A DNA stretch of 37,849 bases from Gammaproteobacteria bacterium (GTDB lineage Bacteria > Gemmatimonadota > Gemmatimonadetes > Longimicrobiales > Gaopeijiaceae): the NCBI GenBank assembly GCA_024638345.1, contig JAHEKL010000001.1, positions 1 to 37,849 on the forward strand. The letters are read 5' to 3'. The notes beneath the pieces were generated by a model, which had not been told where the DNA came from, did no database searches, and saw nothing but the letters and a program-made list of their open reading frames with translations. A program made the translations under genes and the position numbers. This document shows positions 8,361 through 16,378 of the stretch, piece by piece. Numbering within the stretch: position 1 is the stretch's first letter; the number at the start of each line of letters is the position of its first letter.

Positions 8361-9278
8361 GTGGAACCGGTGATTCCCAGAGACGTGATGAAGGGAGTGG
8401 CGCGCACGCTCGGAGATCTGGACGTCGAGCACCTCTTCTCAGATACCACGAGCATCGGGGGCGGCTGCATCCACCCTGCCGTGCGAATCCGCAGCCCAGC
8501 ACTGGGTAGCGCATTCCTCAAGTGGGCTCCCGAGCCCGGCGCGGGGTCGTTTGGGATCGAGGCAGCGGGTCTGGAGGCGCTGAGGCGAGCGGACGGGCCA
8601 AGGGTGCCCTTGGTCCTCGGCTTCGAGGAGGGGGGCCCCACAGCCAGAGGCTGGCTCCTGCTGGAGTACATCTCGACCGGGCGTCCGACCGATCGCTCCG
8701 CAGCCCTGCTGGGATCGGCCCTCGCGCGCCTTCACGACCCCCTCGACGATTCGACACCGGGATGGCACGAGGACGGCTACATCGGCCCGCTACCCCAGAA
8801 GAACCTGCCGGATGGGCTTCGCTGGCCCGCGTTCTGGGTTGAGAGCCGACTTCAGCCACAGTGGCAGAGCGCCGCTGGAAGCTTCGATCCAGGAGACCGT
8901 CGTAGCTGGGACCGGCTCGTACATGCGGTCGAGCCGCTCTTGTCTGAGTGGGAGCCGGACGGGATGTCGCTCCTACACGGAGACCTCTGGAGCGGAAACG
9001 TCCTGACGGACGAGGTCGGGAAGCCGGTGCTCGTGGACCCTGCGGTATACAGGGGGCACCGGGAAGTCGATCTGGCAATGATGGAGTTGTTCGGCGGGTT
9101 CCCCGCGGGCGTGATGCAGGAGTACGAGCGGAGCGCGCCCCTTCAGGCCGGATATCACGAGGTCCGGAAAGCGCTGTACCAGCTCTACCCGCTGCTAGTG
9201 CACGTGAACCTCTTCGGCCGGACCTACGTTCCCGCGGCACGCGATCGGATCCGCAGCAGCCTCAAGCACCTGGGCTGA
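8361..9278 (+). CDS. fructosamine/ketosamine-3-kinase family protein
   Basis: Kinase-like fold with SLLHGDLWSGNVL and DPAVYRGHREVDLAM, both family hallmarks. It starts 3 nt after the phosphatase stop. Confidence 0.85.
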   Translation: MEPVIPRDVMKGVARTLGDLDVEHLFSDTTSIGGGCIHPAVRIRSPALGSAFLKWAPEPGAGSFGIEAAGLEALRRADGPRVPLVLGFEEGGPTARGWLLLEYISTGRPTDRSAALLGSALARLHDPLDDSTPGWHEDGYIGPLPQKNLPDGLRWPAFWVESRLQPQWQSAAGSFDPGDRRSWDRLVHAVEPLLSEWEPDGMSLLHGDLWSGNVLTDEVGKPVLVDPAVYRGHREVDLAMMELFGGFPAGVMQEYERSAPLQAGYHEVRKALYQLYPLLVHVNLFGRTYVPAARDRIRSSLKHLG

Positions 9279-9288
9279 TTGCGCCCGT

Positions 9289-10476
9289 TCAGGCGGAGGC
9301 GAGTCGGTCGATCGCGTCTCTCAAGAGCTCGTCGGAGGTGGCGAAGCTCAGACGCACGAATCGATCGTCGCCGAACGCCGCCCCGGGCACGAGCGCGACG
9401 CCTTTCGTCTCGAGGACATGCGAACACCAGTCCCCCGAGCCGGCGATTCCGTCTCGATACTCCGCATCCACCCTGAGGAAGAGGTAGAACGCTCCATCAG
9501 GCCTCAGGAACGATAGATGCGGAAGCTTCTCTCGAATCAGGCGCACCACCAGATCCCTGCGTCGATGAAAGGCGGTGACCATCTCGTGGATCGCGGCGTT
9601 CGCCTCCTCACGCTGTGTCAATGCCGCCAGCGCCCCCATCTGCGAGGGAGTGGCCGCGTTCGAGGTCGTCTGGCTCTGCAGCGCGCCGACCTTCGACGCC
9701 AACCCGGGCTCCGTAATCATGTAGCCGATGCGCCATCCGGTCATCGCGAAGGTCTTCGAGACACCGTCTACGATGACGAACGGACCGATGTCGGCGGCGG
9801 ACAGATCGACCAATCCGGGGGCCACGGGGCTGTCGTCACGAAAGCAGATCTGTCGATAGATCTCGTCGCTGATCAGACAGACCTCGTGCTCCCTGGCCCA
9901 CCCAGCCACCGCCCTGAGCTCCGCGAGAGAGTAGACCGTTCCCGCGGGGTTCGAGGGGGAGCAGATGATCAGCCCTCGGGTCCTGGGAGTTCGCGCGCGT
10001 TCGAGATCGTCCGGCGTCAGCTTGAAATCGCGCTCTTCGGGTCCGGTCACGAACACCGGCTCGGCACGAGCGAGCCCGACGATCTCGGGATAGGTCGTCC
10101 AATAAGGGCTCGCGATCAGGACTTCGTCACCCGGACCGAAGAGGGCGAAGCACGCATTGAACAGCGACTGCTTCGCTCCAGCGGTGATCACGACGTTCTC
10201 CGCGGACAGGCTCCACCCAGGAGTGGCCATTCTCATGACGTTCTCAGCCACCGCACGACGCAGCTCGGGTAGCCCGGATGCGGGTGTATATCGAGTCCGG
10301 CCAGCCCGGATGCCTGCGACCGCCGCGTCCGCGATGAAGGCCGGAGTATCGAAGTCCGGCTCTCCCGCACTAAGATTGATGATGTCCTTCCCCTCCGCGG
10401 CCAATTTCTTCGCGAGGGAGCTGACCGCCATCGTCGCAGACGGTTGAAGCTTGGAGATGTTTTCGCTGTAGTTCAT
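9289..10476 (-). CDS. pyridoxal-phosphate-dependent class I aminotransferase (aspartate aminotransferase-like)
   Basis: MNYSENISKLQPSATMAVSSLAKKLAAEGKDIINLSAGEPDFDTP is a canonical AspC-type N-terminus. The SKTFAMTGWRIGY motif holds the PLP lysine. The extension to 10614 in the ORF track is Cys/Arg-rich and unlikely to be translated. Confidence 0.9.
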   Translation of the reverse strand: MNYSENISKLQPSATMAVSSLAKKLAAEGKDIINLSAGEPDFDTPAFIADAAVAGIRAGRTRYTPASGLPELRRAVAENVMRMATPGWSLSAENVVITAGAKQSLFNACFALFGPGDEVLIASPYWTTYPEIVGLARAEPVFVTGPEERDFKLTPDDLERARTPRTRGLIICSPSNPAGTVYSLAELRAVAGWAREHEVCLISDEIYRQICFRDDSPVAPGLVDLSAADIGPFVIVDGVSKTFAMTGWRIGYMITEPGLASKVGALQSQTTSNAATPSQMGALAALTQREEANAAIHEMVTAFHRRRDLVVRLIREKLPHLSFLRPDGAFYLFLRVDAEYRDGIAGSGDWCSHVLETKGVALVPGAAFGDDRFVRLSFATSDELLRDAIDRLASA

Positions 10477-10597
10477 GTGCGGTGCGGTTCGAAGGGGATC
10501 GACCCGGGAGTCGTCGAAAGCGAGGCAACATGCTCCGCAGGTCGCCGTCCTGGAGCAGGGCTGAGAATATCGACGCGCGCGAGAACCCAAGCAACCG

Positions 10598-11224
10598 GTG
10601 ATGTCCACCCACATCCGATTCGTCTTCGACTACGTGGACCCGGGCTCCTACATCACGAGCCGTCTCTTGGACCGGTGGGCGGGGGATCCGCTGGCGGGTG
10701 TGCGAATCGACTGGACACCGCTGGAGCTGCGGATACCGACCCTTCCTCCGATCGATCCGACCGAGGAGGCGTGGTCGGAGCTGGCTCGATCCATGGCCGT
10801 CGTGGCCAGGCGCGAGAACATCGGTTTCTCGATTCCCGATCGGGTCCCGTGGACACGCAAAGCCCATGAGCTCGGGTTTCTCGCGCGCGAGAAGGGTTGC
10901 TTCGAGCTCGTCCGCAAAGCACTGTTCGGGGCCTATTTCGAGGCAGGTATGGACATTGGGCGAATCGACGTGCTGGTAGAGATCGCGACCCAGGTCGGCC
11001 TCGAATCGGCGGAGGCGAGGACGGTCTTGGGGGTCGATCGGTTTCGCACAGACGTCGAGGCTTGTAGACGGGGTCTGGGAGCCGAAGGTATCCGGGGCGT
11101 CCCGACCCTCCTGTCCGGCCACGAACGGTGGGAGGGGTTCCGGGGCTCGGCCTCGCTGAAGGAGTTTCTGAGCACCGCCGTGGACAAGGGTGCGAGGAGA
11201 GACCGAACGAGTGGGTCGGCCTAG
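10598..11224 (+). CDS. DsbA-family thioredoxin-fold protein lacking the CxxC motif
   Basis: Layout resembles DsbA/FrnE/HCCA-isomerase proteins (FVFDYVDPGSYI at the N-terminus, GIRGVPTLL near the cis-Pro loop). The position of the usual CPxC reads DPGS. The start is GTG 10598 or ATG 10601. Confidence 0.72.
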   Translation: MMSTHIRFVFDYVDPGSYITSRLLDRWAGDPLAGVRIDWTPLELRIPTLPPIDPTEEAWSELARSMAVVARRENIGFSIPDRVPWTRKAHELGFLAREKGCFELVRKALFGAYFEAGMDIGRIDVLVEIATQVGLESAEARTVLGVDRFRTDVEACRRGLGAEGIRGVPTLLSGHERWEGFRGSASLKEFLSTAVDKGARRDRTSGSA

Positions 11225-11289
11225 GCCTGGCACGCAACAGGCTCCTCCAATGTCCACCTCCACCTATCCCCAGAGCGAAAGAAACGACG

Positions 11290-11598
11290 ATGGCAGGCTA
11301 CGTTAGAAAGACGGTGCTCTCACCGAACGAGGCGCTGGAGAGAGCATCGGAGATCCTTCCGGAGCGGGTCGGTCTCGAGCGGTCCAAAGCGTCCGGGCAT
11401 GCCGCGACGTACAGCGGACGCGAAGGCACGGTGACTCTATCCGCTCACCGGCATTCGCTGTATACCGAGGTCACCGCGGAGACCGATCGACTTCGTACGT
11501 CCCGACTCGATTACGAGGTTCAGAAGTTTCTCAACTGTCTGCCCTACGAGGTCGGCGACCGAGGCGGTCCGGGCTCGGGCGACCCGACGAGAGCCTAG
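11290..11598 (+). CDS. hypothetical protein (102 aa)
   Basis: ATG at 11290 (MAGYVRKTVLSPNEALE...). It ends 7 nt before the helicase-like gene. The part of the ORF-track call upstream of 11290 overlaps the DsbA-like gene. No family recognised. Confidence 0.5.
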   Translation: MAGYVRKTVLSPNEALERASEILPERVGLERSKASGHAATYSGREGTVTLSAHRHSLYTEVTAETDRLRTSRLDYEVQKFLNCLPYEVGDRGGPGSGDPTRA

Positions 11599-11605
11599 CG
11601 ACTCC

Positions 11606-13228
11606 ATGAGATCGTTCGAGGACCTCGGTCTGGCCCCGGAGCTCGTGGAAGCCCTGGCGTCGGAGGGCATCGAGAAGCCGACCCCGCTCCAAGTCGAGGT
11701 CATCCCCGTGCTTAGACGAGGTACCTCGGCGGTGCTGAGGGCTGCGCCAGGAGCAGGCCTCCTCGTCGCGTACGGCGCGGCCCTGCTGGACCAGCCGACT
11801 TCCGCCGAGAGCCATCCGGGAGCGATCGTCCTGACCACCGAAGCGTCGCGATCGAGGTCGCTGGCCCTTTCCTTGGGTCGAGTCGCCCAGGGCACCGGTC
11901 ACCGAGTCGGAGCGCTCGGAGTCCCATGGGCGCAACCAGAACGCGCCGACATCCTCTTTTGCACCTTGGCGGATCTGGGGTCCGCCGTCCGACGGTCCCA
12001 GGTGAAGATCGAGCAGGTGAAGGCTCTGGTGATCGACGGGGCGCCCTCCGTGCTCGCGGACGCGAGGGCGAACGCCCACGGAGGTGAGGCGCTCCAAGCC
12101 CTGACTCGCGAGGGAATCCAGATCACGCTGATCAGCGAGCCTGTGACCGAGGTCGTCCGCCAGTGGGTGGCGGAGCACATGAGACGAGCGGTTTTTCTGC
12201 CCCCGGAGGCGGAATCCGGCGCGCCTTCGGTCACATCCTTGGAGCGCGGAACGCTTCGCGTTCGACCGGCGGCCGGCGACCCCGATGCGGCGACTGTGAA
12301 GACCATCTGCGAGCTCCGGGACGAGGGCTTCGAGCACGTGCTGGTCTTCACCAAATCGGATGACGACGCAGCCGACCTGGGGGATCGGATCGCACTTCAA
12401 GGATTCCAGACCGGACGTCCAGGAGATCCTGGATGCTTCGTCTGGCTGGGAGTCGATGCATTGGAGGCTCGAGCGGACTCGGCCGACCAGATCGAGCCCT
12501 CGCGAATGGCCATCGTGTCAGCCGATCCTCCCTCCGATCCAGACGAACTGGATCGGCGTCACGGCTTCGGCTCGGGTACCGCGGTCGTTCTCGCCCGTCC
12601 GCACGAATTGCCACATCTCCGGCGGATCGCCCAAGAAGCAGGGTATGTGCTCTCGATGGTGGAAGAGACGGTCCGCCTGGACGAATCGTCCCAATTCCTC
12701 GAACGACTGGAAGCGGCGCTGGTGGAAGAAGACCTCGTCCCCTATCTGGCGTTCCTCGAGCCGATCATGCATCGCAGGGGATCTGCCGAAGTGGCCGCGG
12801 CTCTCGCGGCCCTTCTCCGAAAGAAGGATCGGGAACAGCCCCTCACAACCGAAGGAGCATCACCTTCTTCGAATGTCACTCGGAAGACGGACATCACCCG
12901 TGGGGAAGGAAGACCGCCTGCGTGGGTCAGGCTGTTTCTGAGCATCGGCCGTCGGGACGGTGTGGCCGCGGGTGACTTGCTCGGTGCGATCACGGGTGAA
13001 TCGGGCGTCGAAGGCAGCCAAGTCGGGAGAATCGACCTCAAGGATACGTTCTCCAGAGTCGAGATCGACGAGTCCGTGGCAGAGAAAGTGATGCGTTCGT
13101 TGAATGGAACGACGATTCGGGGCCGCAGCCTCCGTGTCGACTACGATCGAGGGGAGAGAAGACCGAGAAGGGAACCCGCCGCGCGCAAAAAGGCGGCACG
13201 TAAGCGTGATCGGCAGGACGGGTCGTAG
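11606..13228 (+). CDS. DEAD-box-helicase-like protein with degenerate catalytic motifs, a C-terminal DbpA-type RNA-binding domain and a basic tail
   Basis: Collinear with the rhlE-like protein, but motif I is RAAPGAGLL, motif II is DGAP, motif III is SEP and motif VI is RRHGFGSGTA. The Q-motif region GIEKPTPLQ is kept. The C-terminus (GDLLGAITGESGVEGSQVGRIDLKDTFSRVEI...LNGTTIRGRSLRVDY) is DbpA/RRM-like and is followed by an Arg/Lys-rich tail. Confidence 0.8.
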   Translation: MRSFEDLGLAPELVEALASEGIEKPTPLQVEVIPVLRRGTSAVLRAAPGAGLLVAYGAALLDQPTSAESHPGAIVLTTEASRSRSLALSLGRVAQGTGHRVGALGVPWAQPERADILFCTLADLGSAVRRSQVKIEQVKALVIDGAPSVLADARANAHGGEALQALTREGIQITLISEPVTEVVRQWVAEHMRRAVFLPPEAESGAPSVTSLERGTLRVRPAAGDPDAATVKTICELRDEGFEHVLVFTKSDDDAADLGDRIALQGFQTGRPGDPGCFVWLGVDALEARADSADQIEPSRMAIVSADPPSDPDELDRRHGFGSGTAVVLARPHELPHLRRIAQEAGYVLSMVEETVRLDESSQFLERLEAALVEEDLVPYLAFLEPIMHRRGSAEVAAALAALLRKKDREQPLTTEGASPSSNVTRKTDITRGEGRPPAWVRLFLSIGRRDGVAAGDLLGAITGESGVEGSQVGRIDLKDTFSRVEIDESVAEKVMRSLNGTTIRGRSLRVDYDRGERRPRREPAARKKAARKRDRQDGS

Positions 13229-13240
13229 CCAGAGCCAGCC

Positions 13241-13279
13241 CGAAAAAGAAACCGGTGCGGCTCCACTCCACCGCACCGG
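13241..13279 (-). terminator. intrinsic terminator candidate downstream of the HU gene
   Basis: A perfect 9-bp GC-rich stem (CCGGTGCGG 13252-13260 pairing with CCGCACCGG 13271-13279) with a 10-nt loop. On the minus strand it is followed by TTTCTTTTTCG. It lies 68 nt past the HU stop. Confidence 0.55.
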
Positions 13280-13346
13280 CCCCAATGAACACTTCGCCCC
13301 TCCCAGGTGCTCCCGCGTCGGATTCTGAAAACGCGGGATCGTCCTC

Positions 13347-13628
13347 CTATTTGACCGCGTCTTTCAGTCCCTTGCCCGCCCGGAACCCTGGTGTGGTGGT
13401 CGCTGCGATACGTATGGTCTGCCCGGTCCGAGGATTCCGACCGGTCCGTGCCTTCCGCTTCTTCGTCTCAAAGGTTCCGAAGCCCGTAATCTGCACGCGC
13501 TTCCGCTTCTTCAGCGCTTTGGCGATCACGCCATCCGTCGCGAAAAGGGCGTCGACCGCGCGACCCGCGTCGGCCTTCGTCATGCCAGTGGCCTTTGCGA
13601 GAGCATCCACCAGGTCGGATTTGTTCAT
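13347..13628 (-). CDS. hup: HU-family nucleoid-associated DNA-binding protein
   Basis: MNKSDLVDALAKATGMTKADAGRAVDALF...GFGTFETKKRKARTGRNPRTGQTIRIAATTTPGFRAGKGLKD is a canonical HU/IHF fold. The ATG at 13628 has GAGGAG 8 nt upstream, so the GTG at 13637 used by the track is less likely. Confidence 0.93.
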   Translation of the reverse strand: MNKSDLVDALAKATGMTKADAGRAVDALFATDGVIAKALKKRKRVQITGFGTFETKKRKARTGRNPRTGQTIRIAATTTPGFRAGKGLKDAVK

Positions 13629-13843
13629 CGGGTTCACTCCTCACGTAGGGTTCGTAAGAGGACTCGGGAGCCTCCGACCGCCCAAGAAGCCTTCCACTGG
13701 GTCCGCGCCCGGGTCGTGGGAATCAGGCCTCCGTGAGGCCGTGATCTCCCTAGAATCGAGCGTGGTGCGAAGGGGTAAGGGTCAGGATCGGAAGCTGCGT
13801 CAAGGGTAAGTACGGCCCAGAAGGCCGTCAAGAGAAGGGACCC

Positions 13844-13876
13844 GTCAGAAACCCCCGCGTTTATTGGGTTTCTGAC
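13844..13876. promoter_or_regulatory. perfect 11-bp inverted repeat (GTCAGAAACCC - 11 nt - GGGTTTCTGAC) in a divergent intergenic region
   Basis: Arms at 13844-13854 and 13866-13876 are exact reverse complements. The repeat sits between the divergent HU and zinc-ribbon genes, so it is not a terminator for either. Confidence 0.4.
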
Positions 13877-13990
13877 AGGTCTGGAGTAAACGTTTGAAGC
13901 TGCCGAACCCAGCGCCTGGAATCGTCGAGAGTGCGGACCATGCAGGCAGTTCTACCAAAACACAGATCCAACTGTAGGTTAGGGGGAGCG

Positions 13991-14215
13991 ATGAACGAAG
14001 CCGTGCCCTATTCTCGAAAGGAGCGAGACGATCTGCGCGCGGCTTCCGCAGAGGGCCGCCGGCTGGACTGTCCTCGCTGTGGCCTGCCTCTCCACAAACG
14101 TCGAATCGACACGCCTCCATCCGTCGGGTATGTCCGTGAGCGCACGTGGTGGCTGTGTTCCGGCTGTGGCGGGAGCCTCGTATTGGACACTTCTCCCACT
14201 GGACCCCACTCGTAG
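13991..14215 (+). CDS. small four-cysteine zinc-ribbon protein (74 aa), hypothetical
   Basis: The ATG at 13991 is preceded by GGGGGAG. CPRC and CSGC pairs are about 25 residues apart (LDCPRCGLPL...WWLCSGCGGSL). Shadow ORFs compete on the minus strand, so confidence is moderate. Confidence 0.45.
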   Translation: MNEAVPYSRKERDDLRAASAEGRRLDCPRCGLPLHKRRIDTPPSVGYVRERTWWLCSGCGGSLVLDTSPTGPHS

Positions 14216-14234
14216 TCGACAGACTCCCGCTGAC

Positions 14235-15857
14235 CTACTCTGAGGAGTCGGCCACGAGCTCCGGCTGCAACCGCCCCCTTCTCGACCCGTTTCCACCCTC
14301 GGGGACCCCCACCTCAGGATCTGCCGGATGGCGCCTGTGCCAGTCGGTGACCTCCTGCCAGGCCGCCGCGAGCGCGAGCAAGCGCTCCTCCCCGAATGGA
14401 GGCCCTCCGACGATCACACCTTCCGGGAGCACTCGAAGGGATGACTCCGAGTGACCGATGGGAAACGAGATCAGCGGTAGTCCCACCATGTCGAATGGGA
14501 TCGGCGAGTCCTGGACGACTAGATCACAGCGGTCGAAGACCTGCTCGATCGTAAGACGGAGCAGGGCGACCCGTGCCCTCTGTCCCTTCAGGTACTCGTC
14601 GCCCGAGATGAGGAGACCGTTGATCCAGGATGGGAGCGCCACACCGAAGAGCCGCACGTCCTTTCGTAGGATGTCGAGATAGAGCTCGCTGCGCTCGGCA
14701 AGCCGGACGGCGTTGAAGCTCCGTGAGGTCAGCTCGTCCCAGCGGGGAGGCGGCTCCATGATGATGATGCGCACCCCAAGCCGCTCGAGTTCGGACAGGA
14801 ATAGGCGTCTGGCCCTTCGCCTTCTCGTGGAGCCCGCATCAGCCCAACCTGGGGGCACTCCGAGGCGCGTAGGCCACCGCATGGCGGGTCGTCTTCGCTG
14901 CATCACCGGAGTGGCCGCCGTTAGATAGTCGGGGACGGATGGTAGACCGAGGGTCCGTGCGTCGCTCGAGTCGGGACCCGCTATCGTCTGGAGAACCATC
15001 GCGGCATCACGCGCATCTCGGGCGATGGGTCCCGGATGATCGCGGGTGTGCGTCAATGGGATGACGCCGTGCAACGAGACCCTTCCCATGGTAGGCTTCA
15101 GACCCGTGAGTCCCTGGGCCAAGGCTGGGTTGGTGATCGAGCCGCCGGTCTGGGTCGCGATCGAAGAGCCAGCCATCCGAGCGGCGACCGCGGTGGCGGA
15201 CCCGCTCGACGAACCCCCGGGGCTCACGGTCGGATCGGCTGGCGCCCATGCATTCACGGTGGTGATGTCGCCGTCGGGAGTCAGCGCCCGCGTCGTCGCC
15301 AGGGGGCCCATCTGCGTCTTCCCGAGAAGCACCGCTCCGGACCCGCGAAGTCGAGCGACGACGGTGGCGTCGTGGTCGGGCACGAACCCGGCGAAGACGT
15401 GGGAGTTCGCCGTCGTCAGCACATCTCTTGTGTAGAAGTTGTCCTTGATTCCCATCGGTAGGCCGTGAAGGATGCCGACGGGATCCTGGTCGTCCAGTTG
15501 GCGGGCCCGCAGGACGGCGGATTCCCTCATGACCAGATTGAATGCCATGTAGACGCCGTCCCAGCGGTCCACACGATCGAGATACGCGTCGAGGAGCTCC
15601 GACGCGCTCACCTTTCCACGGCGAAGAAGCGCCGCCGCCTCCCACATCGAAAGATCGGTGAGATCCGACTCGGGAACGGCTGTCCGGTCCCAGACGCCCG
15701 CGAACTCGAAGCCCCCGTCGAGCCTTGACCCGCGGCTCTGTCCGGTCATGAGAACAGGGGCCGGGCGAAGCATGCCAGCTGCCCCTGCACTCAAGGCCCC
15801 CAATCGGCGCAGGAACGACCTGCGATCGACGGACGTATCCTGGGGAGGCTGGGTCAC
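14235..15857 (-). CDS. amidase-signature (GatA-like) family amidase with twin-arginine signal peptide
   Basis: N-terminal DRRSFLRRLGALSAGAAG matches the Tat consensus. The catalytic Lys region (GIKDNF) and the Ser-cisSer signature (GGSSSGSATAVAA) are present. The GTG start at 15857 has GGAGAAAGAG 6 nt upstream. Confidence 0.88.
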   Translation of the reverse strand: MTQPPQDTSVDRRSFLRRLGALSAGAAGMLRPAPVLMTGQSRGSRLDGGFEFAGVWDRTAVPESDLTDLSMWEAAALLRRGKVSASELLDAYLDRVDRWDGVYMAFNLVMRESAVLRARQLDDQDPVGILHGLPMGIKDNFYTRDVLTTANSHVFAGFVPDHDATVVARLRGSGAVLLGKTQMGPLATTRALTPDGDITTVNAWAPADPTVSPGGSSSGSATAVAARMAGSSIATQTGGSITNPALAQGLTGLKPTMGRVSLHGVIPLTHTRDHPGPIARDARDAAMVLQTIAGPDSSDARTLGLPSVPDYLTAATPVMQRRRPAMRWPTRLGVPPGWADAGSTRRRRARRLFLSELERLGVRIIIMEPPPRWDELTSRSFNAVRLAERSELYLDILRKDVRLFGVALPSWINGLLISGDEYLKGQRARVALLRLTIEQVFDRCDLVVQDSPIPFDMVGLPLISFPIGHSESSLRVLPEGVIVGGPPFGEERLLALAAAWQEVTDWHRRHPADPEVGVPEGGNGSRRGRLQPELVADSSE

Positions 15858-15901
15858 CGGGGGCTCTTTCTCCGGGTCATGAGGTGGGACCGAACCGCAG
15901 A

Positions 15902-16192
15902 CTAGTCGGAAGCGGAGGCCTTCCGATCCTCCAGCAGAGCGGTCAGGGCGGAGGGATAGAATGCGGGCGGACCGTCGAGCGGGTCGAGCGCATACTGCGA
16001 GACCCCGTGGAGCTCGTATCTCAGGAAGTCCCTCGCCGACCGAAGAACCCTGAGCTGATCGACGGGTGCACCGGGATCGTTCAGCGGAAGCACCGAGAGA
16101 TCGACGCCCGCCATCGACAGCCGGACCAGCACGTATCGATCCAACTCGTCGTCGGAAAGTTCTCGCGGGGAGACAACTCTCGGGATCGGCAT
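15902..16192 (-). CDS. hypothetical 96-aa protein co-oriented with and 44 nt upstream of the Tat-amidase
   Basis: The ATG at 16192 has a strong GAGGAG 7 nt upstream. There is no signal peptide and no recognisable family. Confidence 0.6.
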   Translation of the reverse strand: MPIPRVVSPRELSDDELDRYVLVRLSMAGVDLSVLPLNDPGAPVDQLRVLRSARDFLRYELHGVSQYALDPLDGPPAFYPSALTALLEDRKASASD

Positions 16193-16261
16193 TTCTGTTC
16201 TCCTCGCGTTCTCGAACCTCGATTCGGGTCTCGCCGGCGGAGTCCTACGACTCCGGCTCAG

Positions 16262-16291
16262 TTGAAACGTTTGGTTCGGTTCTTGTATGGT
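16262..16291 (+). promoter_or_regulatory. sigma70-like promoter candidate for the S41 peptidase gene
   Basis: TTGAAA (16262-16267), an 18-nt spacer, then TATGGT (16286-16291), about 90 nt upstream of the start at 16379. Pattern match only. Confidence 0.25.
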
Positions 16292-16378
16292 ACCGGCGTG
16301 CGCCGCTACGAGCCAGCAGATTCGTCATGGATCCACTGGCCCGAGAGTTCCTAGCGACTTCCATCCGACTCCTGACCG

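Noticed and set aside
9289-10614. A 46-codon N-terminal extension of the aminotransferase, and similar extensions at 17682-17798, 27281-27412 and 11128-11289
   Set aside because: The extensions are Cys/Arg/Pro-rich, some overlap neighbouring genes or promoter regions, and internal starts give family-typical N-termini.
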